Part shown: positions 7,386 through 14,820 of the stretch, in pieces | How the letters are laid out: each line of letters opens with the position of its first letter | How positions within the stretch are numbered: the first letter of the stretch is position 1 | Assembly: GCF_028737205.1 (NCBI RefSeq) | Contig: NZ_JAQZAL010000043.1 | Span: 18,603-42,602 of the forward strand | DNA: 24,000 nucleotides | From: Actinomycetospora lutea | GTDB taxonomy: Bacteria > Actinomycetota > Actinomycetes > Mycobacteriales > Pseudonocardiaceae | Direction: 5' to 3' | The notes under the pieces: generated by a model | The model's input: only the letters and a program-made list of their open reading frames with translations | Told to the model about the DNA's origin: nothing | Database searches by the model: none | Position numbers and translations under genes: made by a program

Positions 7386-8777
7386 TCAGGGCGCGCGCTG
7401 CCCCGGCACCGTCGTGGTCGTCGTGTCGTCGTCGGGCGGCTCCTCGACGACCGGCGGCGGCACGACCACCGGCGGGCGCACCGTCGTGGTGGTGGTGGTC
7501 GTCGTGGTCGTGGTGGTGGTCGTCGTGCGCCGCGGCGTGGTAGTGCGCCGGGTGCGCGGCGCCGTGGCCGCCTCGGTCTCGTCGGTGGTGCTGACCTGCG
7601 GGGCGACGGGCAGCGGCGGCGGGGGCGGCGCGAGGGTCGCCGACGGCACCGGCGGCAGCGGCGCCTCGTCAGAGAGCACCGCGTACGCCACCGCGGAGCC
7701 CGCGACCAGCAGCGTCGCGGCCGCGGCGGCCACGGCGGCGGCGAGCCGGCGGCGCCGGCGCCCCTCGGGGCGGGCGAGCGGCGAGGCGCCCGTCGGCTCG
7801 GGCTCGGGCAGGGCCGCCCCGACCGCCATCGGGCCCGCGCCGGCGACGATGCTGGTGGGCGCGGTCATCAGCACCGGCGACAGCACCGTCTCGGCGTCCA
7901 TCCCGACCTCGCGCGAGACCCCGCGCAGGCCGGCGACGACCTCCTCGGCGCTCGGCCGGTCGACCGCGTCGTCGGCGGTCATGGCCGTCAGCAGCCCCTC
8001 GAGGCCGGGCGAGAGGCCGGTGGGCACGGCGGGGCGGCGGTGCAGGCGCGCCACGGCCGCCTCGAGCGCGTTGCCCGGGTACTCGCGGCGGCCGGTGAGG
8101 CACTCGATGAGCACGAGGCCCAGCGCGTAGATGTCGACGGCGCCGTCGATCGGCTCGCCGCGCACCTGCTCGGGGCTGAGGTACGAGGCGGTGCCGATGA
8201 CCATGCCGGCGGCGGTGACGGGGGCGGCGTCGTGGACCGCGGCGATCCCGAAGTCGGAGAGGTGGGCGCGGCCCTCGGCGTCGAGCAGCACGTTGCCGGG
8301 CTTGACGTCGCGGTGGACCACACCGCGGCGGTGCACGTAGGCGAGCGCGTCGGCGAGCGCGGCGCCCAGCGCCACGACGTCGACGACCGGCAGCGGCCCG
8401 GAGCGGATCCGCTGCGCGAGCGTGTCGCCCTCGATGAGCTGCATGACGAAGTACGCGCGGCCGTCCTCGTCGCCGACGTCGTAGACGGTGACGAGGCCGG
8501 GGTGCGACAGGCCGGCGAGCGTGAGCACCTCGCGGCGGTGGCGGGCCTCCTGGCCCTCCTCGATGTCGCCGATCTTCTCGGCGGGGTCGGCCGGGTCGCC
8601 GGGCTCGACGTCGGCGGCGCCGACGGAGCCCGCCGCGTTGAACATCTTGATGGCCACGTCGCGGCCGAGGAGCTCGTCGCGCGCCCGGAACACGTCGGCG
8701 GCACCGCCGCGCCCGATGAGGTCGCCGAGCGTGTAGCGCCCGCCCACCATCGCGGGCGGTCCGGCGTCGGTGCTCAC
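7386..8777 (-). CDS. Membrane Ser/Thr protein kinase (Hanks type) with low-complexity Pro/Thr ectodomain
   Basis: GTG 8777 preceded by GGGAGGGGG. Kinase motifs: GRGGAADVF (G-loop), VAIK, HRDVKPGN, DFG, SPE. One TM (LAAAVAAAAATLLVAGSAVAYAVL). It ends in a tail of about 95 aa that includes T15. Confidence 0.92.
   Translation of the reverse strand: MSTDAGPPAMVGGRYTLGDLIGRGGAADVFRARDELLGRDVAIKMFNAAGSVGAADVEPGDPADPAEKIGDIEEGQEARHRREVLTLAGLSHPGLVTVYDVGDEDGRAYFVMQLIEGDTLAQRIRSGPLPVVDVVALGAALADALAYVHRRGVVHRDVKPGNVLLDAEGRAHLSDFGIAAVHDAAPVTAAGMVIGTASYLSPEQVRGEPIDGAVDIYALGLVLIECLTGRREYPGNALEAAVARLHRRPAVPTGLSPGLEGLLTAMTADDAVDRPSAEEVVAGLRGVSREVGMDAETVLSPVLMTAPTSIVAGAGPMAVGAALPEPEPTGASPLARPEGRRRRRLAAAVAAAAATLLVAGSAVAYAVLSDEAPLPPVPSATLAPPPPPLPVAPQVSTTDETEAATAPRTRRTTTPRRTTTTTTTTTTTTTTTVRPPVVVPPPVVEEPPDDDTTTTTVPGQRAP
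7482..7526 (-). repeat. Homopolymeric threonine tract: 15 consecutive ACC/ACG codons inside the kinase gene
   Basis: The plus strand reads cgt cgt ggt ggt ggt ggt cgt cgt ggt cgt ggt ggt ggt cgt cgt, in frame with the kinase. Confidence 0.95.
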
Positions 8778-9008
8778 TGCCCGCCCCCTCCCGGTGCGCG
8801 GTCGGCCCGATCATCCCGTATGACAGGGTCCCTCGTCTGCGTGACGTCGCGGGCGGCGCGTCGCCCGAACGGCGGGTTGCGGGCAGTTGCTCCGGAGAGC
8901 GCAACCGCGGCGCGCCGGCGGCTCGCACCGCCCGGGCGCACCTCGCCCCGTACCGGGTGGTTCGAGTCCGGCGGCGTCGGCGTTACCCGATCGAGTGGAT
9001 CTCCAGGG

Positions 9009-11480
9009 TCAGCCGAGGCGGCCCAGGACCGGCGGCAGGGCGCCGGGATGCACCACGACCAGCGAACGTGTGGCGCGAGTGAGGGCCACGTAGAGGTCGT
9101 TGAGCCCGCGCGGTGAGGCGTCCACCACTCCCTCGGGGTCGACGAGCACCACGGCGTCGAACTCGAGGCCCTTGGCGTCGGCGACCTCTGACACGACGAT
9201 CTCGGCGCCCAGGTCCACGGTCGGGTCGCCCGCCCGCCCGCCGTCGGCGGCGCCGGTCGGTCCGGCCGCGACGCCCAGGGCCGCGGCGAGCCCGTCGACC
9301 CGGGCCCCCGGCGCGAGGACCGCGACGCGCCCGGCACCCTCGGCGTCCACGACGGCCTCGCGGGCCGCCCGGGCCTGCGCCACGGCAGCCTCGACCAGCC
9401 CGGCCTCGTCGGTGGCCACCGCCGCGGGCGCCAGCCCGGACTCGCGCACCGACTCGGGCGGCGTGGCCGCGGGGTCGATCGCCGCGAGCACGTCGGCCGC
9501 GACCGCCATGATCTCCGCGGGCGTGCGGTAGTTGACGGTGAGCACCTCGCGGCGCCAGCGCGCGGCGACGTAGGGCGAGAGCACCTCGGCCCAGGACGAC
9601 GCCCCGCCCCGCGCGCCGGTCTGGGCGACGTCGCCGACGAGCGTCATCGAGCGGCTGGGGCAGCGGCGCATGAGCACCCGCCACGCCATCGGCGAGAGCT
9701 CCTGGGCCTCGTCGACGATGACGTGCCCGAAGGTCCACGTCCGGTCGTCGGCGGCCCGCTCGGCGGCCGAGGCGTAGGTGGCCTCGCGGGTGCGGTCGGC
9801 CAGCACGCTGGCGTCGACGACGTCGGTGGGACGCAGGAGCTCGGGGTCCCAGTCCTCCTCCATCGCGAGGATCTCGAGCACGCCGGCGGCGTAGGCCTCG
9901 TCGGCCTCGCGCTTGCGCTCCTCGGCCTCGCGGGCGGCGGTGTCGTCCTCGCCGAGCAGCTCGGCGACCTCGTCGAGCAGCACCGCGTCCGCGGGGCTCC
10001 ACCAGGCGCCGTCGAGCAGGCCCGCGCCCGTCGGCCCACCCTCGCGGGCCAGCAGGTCGCGGTCGGCGTCGGACCACCCGCGCGTGGCCGCCCGCAGGCG
10101 CCGCTCGTCGGTGTAGAGGTCGGCGAGCAGCTGCGGCGGCGTCAGCGTGGGCCACAGGTCGTCGAGCACGCCGCGCAGGTCGGGGTCGGCGCGCAGGCCC
10201 GCGCGGACGTCGGCGAGGTCGCCGCGGTCGAGGAGGTTGCCCCCGTCCAGGTCGCGGCCCACCCGGTCGACCTCGCGGCGGGCGAGCTGGTCGACGACCT
10301 CGCGCACGAACGTCCGTTTCGCGTCGTTGTGGGGCCGGCGGGTGCGCCGGGCGCGCGTGCGGGCCTGGGCGACGACGTCGCGGTCGACCACCACGGGCTC
10401 GCCGTCGACGTGCAGCCGGATCGGGCGCCGCGGGAGCTCCTGGCGGTCGCGCACGGCCGTGGCGAGCATCTTGCTCATGTCCACGCGGCCCTTGAGCGCG
10501 GCGGCGGCCGCCGGCTCGTGCCGGTGCGCGGCGAGGCCCGGGTAGAGCTCGCCGACCGTCGAGAGGAGCACGCTCGTCTCGCCCAGCGAGGGCAGGACCT
10601 GCTCGATGTAGCGCAGGAACGTCGGGTTGGGCCCGACGACGAGCACGCCGCGGCGGGCCAGCTGGCGCCGGTGGGTGTAGAGCAGGTAGGCCGCGCGGTG
10701 CAGCGCCACGGCGGTCTTGCCGGTGCCGGGGCCGCCCTCGACCACGACGACCCCGTTGGCGCTGGAGCGGATGACGCGGTCCTGCTCGCCCTGGATCGTC
10801 GCGACGATGTCGCCCATGCGCCCGGTGCGCCCGGCCGACAGGGCCGCGAGCAGCACCGCCTCGCCGGTCAGGCCGGTGCGCTGCGTGGCCCGTGACGCGG
10901 CGGCCGCTGCTGCTTCGTCGAGGTCGAGGATCTCGTCGTCGACCGCCGTGACGCGCCGGCTGCGCGAGCGGATGTGCCGGCGGCGGCGCACGCCGTCGGG
11001 CGACGCGGCGGTCGCGGTGTAGTACGGCCGGGCGGCGGGCGCGCGCCAGTCGACGAGCAGGGGCTCGTAGTCGTGCTGGTCGTCGAGCAGCCCGAGGCGC
11101 CCCACGTAGAGCACGTCCTGGTCGAGCCCCTCGACGGGCTCGGGGTCGCCGTCGACCGGGGGCGGCGGCGGGCGGTCCGGATCGAGGTCGAGGCGTCCGA
11201 AGCACAGGCCCTGCTCGACCGCGGTGAGCGTCGCGAGCTGCTCGGAGTACATCTGCGCGGCGGCGTCGCGCTCGGAGACCGCCTGCGGGGTGCCGGTGGT
11301 CTCGTCGCGCAGGACGCGGGCGAGCAGGGTGGCGGTCTCGGCCCGGCGCTCGTCGAGCTTGCCGTAGAGCATGCTGAGGTACGGCTGCTCGGCCATGACG
11401 GGGTCGGCAGCCACGGGCTCGCCGTCGGGGTCGTGCGCGCCGCGGTCGGTGTCGGCGGCGGACGGGGACGTACGGGTCAC
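9009..11480 (-). CDS. helD: HelD/HelR-type (class II, actinobacterial) UvrD-like helicase, RNA polymerase-associated ATPase
   Basis: GTG 11480 preceded by GGAGAAGG. Features: N-terminal helical region (YLSMLYGKLDERRAETATLLARVL), HelD signature LLVDWRAPAARPYYTAT, Walker A VVEGGPGTGKTAVALHRAAYLLY, IVDEAQELSPMAW (Walker B) and a C-terminal UvrD_C-like end (AKGLEFDAVVLVDP..LYVALTRATRSLVVVH). Confidence 0.85.
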   Translation of the reverse strand: MTRTSPSAADTDRGAHDPDGEPVAADPVMAEQPYLSMLYGKLDERRAETATLLARVLRDETTGTPQAVSERDAAAQMYSEQLATLTAVEQGLCFGRLDLDPDRPPPPPVDGDPEPVEGLDQDVLYVGRLGLLDDQHDYEPLLVDWRAPAARPYYTATAASPDGVRRRRHIRSRSRRVTAVDDEILDLDEAAAAAASRATQRTGLTGEAVLLAALSAGRTGRMGDIVATIQGEQDRVIRSSANGVVVVEGGPGTGKTAVALHRAAYLLYTHRRQLARRGVLVVGPNPTFLRYIEQVLPSLGETSVLLSTVGELYPGLAAHRHEPAAAAALKGRVDMSKMLATAVRDRQELPRRPIRLHVDGEPVVVDRDVVAQARTRARRTRRPHNDAKRTFVREVVDQLARREVDRVGRDLDGGNLLDRGDLADVRAGLRADPDLRGVLDDLWPTLTPPQLLADLYTDERRLRAATRGWSDADRDLLAREGGPTGAGLLDGAWWSPADAVLLDEVAELLGEDDTAAREAEERKREADEAYAAGVLEILAMEEDWDPELLRPTDVVDASVLADRTREATYASAAERAADDRTWTFGHVIVDEAQELSPMAWRVLMRRCPSRSMTLVGDVAQTGARGGASSWAEVLSPYVAARWRREVLTVNYRTPAEIMAVAADVLAAIDPAATPPESVRESGLAPAAVATDEAGLVEAAVAQARAAREAVVDAEGAGRVAVLAPGARVDGLAAALGVAAGPTGAADGGRAGDPTVDLGAEIVVSEVADAKGLEFDAVVLVDPEGVVDASPRGLNDLYVALTRATRSLVVVHPGALPPVLGRLG

Positions 11481-11564
11481 GCAGGCCTTCTCCAGCGGAC
11501 GGCCCGGCTCCTGTGCACCGGGGACGACCTTCCACGGTAGCGCCGCTCCCCGACCACGCGCCGC

Positions 11565-11584
11565 CGCCGAGGCCCCCTTCGGCG
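11565..11584 (-). terminator. Weak hairpin downstream of the MBL gene / upstream of helD
   Basis: CGCCGA (11565-11570) pairs with TCGGCG (11579-11584), leaving an 8-nt loop. There is no U-tract. It could equally be part of the helD leader. Confidence 0.2.
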
Positions 11585-11627
11585 CACGGCAGGTGTCGAG
11601 ATCGTGTCCGCCCGGCGACGGGACCGG

Positions 11628-12674
11628 TCAGGCCGGGGCGTTGCCGACCACCTCGTCGGTGCCGGACGTGCGCGTCACCCGCCCCTGCGCGGCGAGGACC
11701 TCGAGGTGCGCGTCGGTCTCGAGCACCGCGAGCATCCGGTTGAAGGTCTCCATGTCCTCGAGGCGGTGCTCGCGGCGCGTCCAGCGCAGCGCGCCGGCGA
11801 TCTCGGCCGCCGTCGGCAGGCCCTTCTCCACCGCCGCGGCGATCTCCTCGAGGCGCTTGTCGTGGTGCACGACCAGCTCGTCGACCCGCTCGTGGACGCT
11901 CGGCGCGACGGGTCCGTGGGCGGGCAGCAGCAGGCGGTCGGGCTCGGCGCGCAGGGCCGCGAGCGAGGTCAGGTAGCGGATCAGTGCCCCGGGCCGCGCG
12001 GCGGGCTCGAAGCCGATCGAGGGCGTGATGTGCGGCAGGACGTGGTCGCCGGCGTAGAGCATCGCGCCGTCGGCGGTGGTCTCGTCGACGAACACGACGT
12101 GCCCGCGCGTGTGCCCCGGGGTCTCGCGGGCGACGAGGGAACGCCCGCCGGCCTGCAGCTCCTGCCCGTCGGTGAGCCACTCGTCGGGGTCGGCGAAGTC
12201 GTCCACCGGCGGCGCCTCCGCCGCACCCAGCCAGGAGCGGATCTCGTCGGCGAGCGTCGGGGCGCCGGCGCGCTCGAGGCCCGCGATCTGGGCCTGCAGG
12301 CCGGTGTCGCGGCCGCGCACCGTCTCCAGCGACTCGGCCTCGCCGGCCCCCAGGGCGACCCGGGCGCCGTGGGCGCGGCGCAGCGCGATCGCCTGGCTGT
12401 AGTGGTCGCGATGGACGTGGGTGACGAGGAAGCGGCGCACGTCGCCCGGCTCCGCGCCGATCCCGGCGAGCAGGCGCGCCAGCACGTCGCGCGACGCGTC
12501 GATCGACCAGCCGCCGTCGATCAGCGTCAGCTCGCCGTCCCCCGACTCCGGGGCGAGCACGTAGACGTTGACCGCGCGCAGCGAGTCGTTCGGCAACGGC
12601 AGCGGCAGGCGGTGGACACCGGGGACGACGGTCTCGAGCTCGGGCCTCGTCCAGGCGTGCCGGTCGGAGATCAC
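11628..12674 (-). CDS. MBL-fold metallo-hydrolase with C-terminal helical/wHTH-like extension (LACTB2/glyoxalase II-like layout)
   Basis: HxHxDH motif VTHVHRDHY, then TPGHTRGH and AGDHVLP metal ligands. The GTG start 12674-12672 overlaps the upstream stop TGA 12673-12671 (GTGA), implying translational coupling. Confidence 0.85.
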   Translation of the reverse strand: MISDRHAWTRPELETVVPGVHRLPLPLPNDSLRAVNVYVLAPESGDGELTLIDGGWSIDASRDVLARLLAGIGAEPGDVRRFLVTHVHRDHYSQAIALRRAHGARVALGAGEAESLETVRGRDTGLQAQIAGLERAGAPTLADEIRSWLGAAEAPPVDDFADPDEWLTDGQELQAGGRSLVARETPGHTRGHVVFVDETTADGAMLYAGDHVLPHITPSIGFEPAARPGALIRYLTSLAALRAEPDRLLLPAHGPVAPSVHERVDELVVHHDKRLEEIAAAVEKGLPTAAEIAGALRWTRREHRLEDMETFNRMLAVLETDAHLEVLAAQGRVTRTSGTDEVVGNAPA

Positions 12675-13396
12675 TCCCCGGAGGATGCCCCTGCCCCGGC
12701 GCGCTCCGCCGTGCGGGGGTCGGCCGCGGGCCCGCCGGCCCGCTCGCTCGCCTCGGCGCGTCGCGCCCCGGCCACGCCGAAGTGGTCGCCGCCCTTGCGC
12801 TTGACGTCGTCGGTGCCCCAGGAGCGGGTCCGGTCGACGGGCACCATCCGCGGGATGTGCTTGCGGCAGTGGATGTAGGCCTCCTCCACGGTGACCTCCA
12901 CCCAGATCTCGGCCCGCCGGCCCGGCGTGCCCTCCTCCGGGATGCCGGGGTACTCGTCGCGCAGCGCGGCGTCGTCGACGATGCGCGCCGACCCGTTGAC
13001 GTGCAGCCCGATGAGCTCATCGGTGAAGTCGAGCATCAGGAGCCCGACGTGCGGGTTCTCGGTGATGTTGCCGAGGCTCGCCATCACCCCGTTGCCGCGG
13101 TACTCGGGCCACGCCACGTGCCGGTCGTCGAGGACCTGCAGGAAGCCGGGCGGCCCGGCGCGCAGCGTCGAGTCGCACTCGCCGTGGGCGTCGGACGTCG
13201 CGACGAACGCCATGGTCATCCGCGCCACGAAGTCCTGCATGGCTGGCACGAGGCGGTCGCACATCTGGTCGGCGTGGAAGCGCTCCGCTCGCGCGGACGT
13301 CCCGAGCGCGTCCTGCAGGACGTGCTCACCGGCGGATCCGGGACGTTCGGGGTGGGGGTCGGGCTGATCGGGCTGGGGGGTGACCCGGTCGCTCAT
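12671..13396 (-). CDS. Pyridoxamine 5'-phosphate oxidase-family (FMN/split-barrel) protein with basic/Ala-rich C-terminal extension
   Basis: ATG 13396 preceded by GGAGAGG. MAFVATSDAHGECDSTLRAGPPGFLQVLDDRHVAWPEYRGNGVMASLGNITENPHVGLLMLDF..LHVNGSARIV..IWVEVTVEEAYIHCRKHIP is the PNPOx-like split-barrel pattern. Confidence 0.8.
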   Translation of the reverse strand: MSDRVTPQPDQPDPHPERPGSAGEHVLQDALGTSARAERFHADQMCDRLVPAMQDFVARMTMAFVATSDAHGECDSTLRAGPPGFLQVLDDRHVAWPEYRGNGVMASLGNITENPHVGLLMLDFTDELIGLHVNGSARIVDDAALRDEYPGIPEEGTPGRRAEIWVEVTVEEAYIHCRKHIPRMVPVDRTRSWGTDDVKRKGGDHFGVAGARRAEASERAGGPAADPRTAERAGAGASSGE

Positions 13397-13955
13397 CGAC
13401 GCCTCTCCGCGACCCGGTCGGGGCCGCCGTGTCGGGGGCGGTGTGTCGGGTGGGTCGCGTGATGCGCGCCCGCTCGGGTACCGCTGCAGTCGGGGGGACG
13501 TCTCGATGGAACCCTTTCGTCCGGACGCTGTCGAGGCGCTGTGTCACGCAACCCTCGCTCGGCGCAGTCGTCATCCGCAGTTCCGTGGGCTGAACAGCCG
13601 CACTTGACTGTGACGTGCATCACTCCGTGACCCGCCCGAGACCCGGCCGCAGTGCGCCCGTGACCAGGTGGGGAGGGCCTGAGCAGCCGCGACGCCCACC
13701 GACACCCACCGTCCGCGCGGCGCTCCACCCGGTGACGGGTCTTCCCCCGCGACCTAGTCTCCGAGGCGTCCGGACACCCGTGGCAGCTGGTGCCGGACCC
13801 GCGCTCGTCCCGCCCGGGCCTGTCCGGCGGGCGCGGCCCCCGACCCCAGCGGCGACAGACCCAACGCCGACGCACCGGAGCTCCCCACCGGTGACGCGGC
13901 ACCTGGCTCGCTCCCCCTCGGCCAGGTCGGAACGGCGGCGCGACGGAGACCTCGC

Positions 13956-14717
13956 ATGGCACGACACCGTGCGGCGCACGCCCGAGCGGCGGCGCCCGAT
14001 CCTGCGGCACCCACCGGCACCGCGGTCCTGACCGGCGGCCACCGCGCCGCCGACCTCGCGGCCGCCCTGCCCCGCCAGGGCCTGACCGAGGCGCACCCGT
14101 CGGGGCCGCTGCCCCGTGCGGGCCGCAGCACCTCCCGGCACACCGGGGGCCTCGACGCGGACACCGCCGCGCTCGACCTCGCCGCGATCGCCCTGGCGGC
14201 GGCGAGCGCGCGGCCGGCGGGCCCGCCCACCGGCTCCGCGGCGCTCCCGCAGGGCTCCGGGCCGGCGTCCGGGCCGCTCGCCGCGCCGACCACCGGGGGG
14301 ACGCCGCGCCCGTCCTACCCCGCGGCCGTCCCCAGCGCCCTGGCGCCGATCACGCCGTCGCACGCGGTGCCGGCCGTCGGACGCGGCGGGCGCGGCTCCG
14401 GTCGCCGCGTGCCGCTGCCGACCCGCACCGCCGGGGCGCTCGCCCTGGTCGGCGCCCTCGCGGGCGGCGGCGTCGCTGTCGTGGGCGGCAACGCCGTCCT
14501 CACCGCCGACCCCACGCCGACCACGGGCGAGCTGCGCACCGGTGACGTGGCCACCGCGGCCGCGGACGCCGCCGGCAGCGCCGCGGCGGTCGCGCAGGTG
14601 CCCACCGGCGGGCAGGACGACGGGCAGGACGACGGGCAGGACCAGGACGCGCAGGACCAGGGCGGGCGGCACCGCGCCGACGACGGGGCCTCCTCGTACG
14701 CCGGCGGCGGCTACTAG
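13956..14717 (+). CDS. Ala/Pro-rich hypothetical protein with one TM segment and acidic GQDD-repeat tail
   Basis: ATG 13956 has GGAG 7 nt upstream. Codon position 3 is almost entirely G/C across the ORF. It has a MARHRAAHARAAAPD-type N-terminus and a TM segment TAGALALVGALAGGGVAVVGG. The ORF is followed directly by a very strong hairpin. No family recognised. Confidence 0.6.
   Translation: MARHRAAHARAAAPDPAAPTGTAVLTGGHRAADLAAALPRQGLTEAHPSGPLPRAGRSTSRHTGGLDADTAALDLAAIALAAASARPAGPPTGSAALPQGSGPASGPLAAPTTGGTPRPSYPAAVPSALAPITPSHAVPAVGRGGRGSGRRVPLPTRTAGALALVGALAGGGVAVVGGNAVLTADPTPTTGELRTGDVATAAADAAGSAAAVAQVPTGGQDDGQDDGQDQDAQDQGGRHRADDGASSYAGGGY
14610..14660 (+). repeat. In-frame 12-nt tandem repeat gggcaggacgac (x2.5) degenerating into cag/gac codons; encodes GQDDGQDDGQDQDAQDQ
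   Basis: Direct reading of 14610-14621, 14622-14633 and 14634 onward. Confidence 0.8.
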
Positions 14718-14733
14718 GCCCGCGGGGCCCGCA

Positions 14734-14798
14734 GAACGAACGACGGGGCGGTCGGGGTCCGGGGCACCGGACCACCGACCGCCCCGTCGTCGTTCGTT
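14734..14798. terminator. Long, nearly perfect GC-rich hairpin; bidirectional terminator candidate between the Ala-rich gene and mihF
   Basis: gaacgaacgacggggcggtcgg (14734-14755) pairs with ccgaccgccccgtcgt(cgt)tcgtt (14775-14798), with a 3-nt bulge. The inner stem is ggtccgg (14756-14762) / ccggacc (14767-14773) around the tetraloop ggca. That is about 28 bp in total, and the T-containing distal stem ends face both directions. Confidence 0.6.
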
Positions 14799-14820
14799 GC
14801 CGGGTGCGGCGCGGACTGGA

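Noticed and set aside
8956-8980. tRNA T-loop-like string GGTGGTTCGAGTCCGGC, suggesting a tRNA or an integration-site remnant
   Set aside because: The T-stem has a G-G mismatch and no 7-bp acceptor partner (needed: CGACGCC) lies about 65-70 nt upstream. The best anticodon-arm candidate has a 5-nt loop, and there is no CCA or integrase nearby. I treat it as chance similarity; tRNAscan-SE/ARAGORN would settle it.
11481-11627. Rifamycin-associated element upstream of helD
   Set aside because: I found no long perfect inverted repeat, only a 6-bp GC hairpin at 11565-11584. I cannot assert RAE presence or absence without the motif model.
8983-13020. 1345-aa minus-strand ORF, the longest in the track
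   Set aside because: The translation is Arg/Pro/Gly/Ala junk with no motifs. It is an alternative frame running across three genes (helD, MBL, PNPOx-like) that have clear domain signatures in other frames of the same strand. This is a typical stop-codon-poor artefact of very GC-rich DNA.
13393-14031. ORFs 13380..13607 (+), 13615..14031 (+) and 13393..14010 (-) inside the long intergenic region
   Set aside because: They have noticeably weaker G/C at codon position 3 than every supported gene, Pro/Arg-rich translations and no SD. The region is treated as non-coding.
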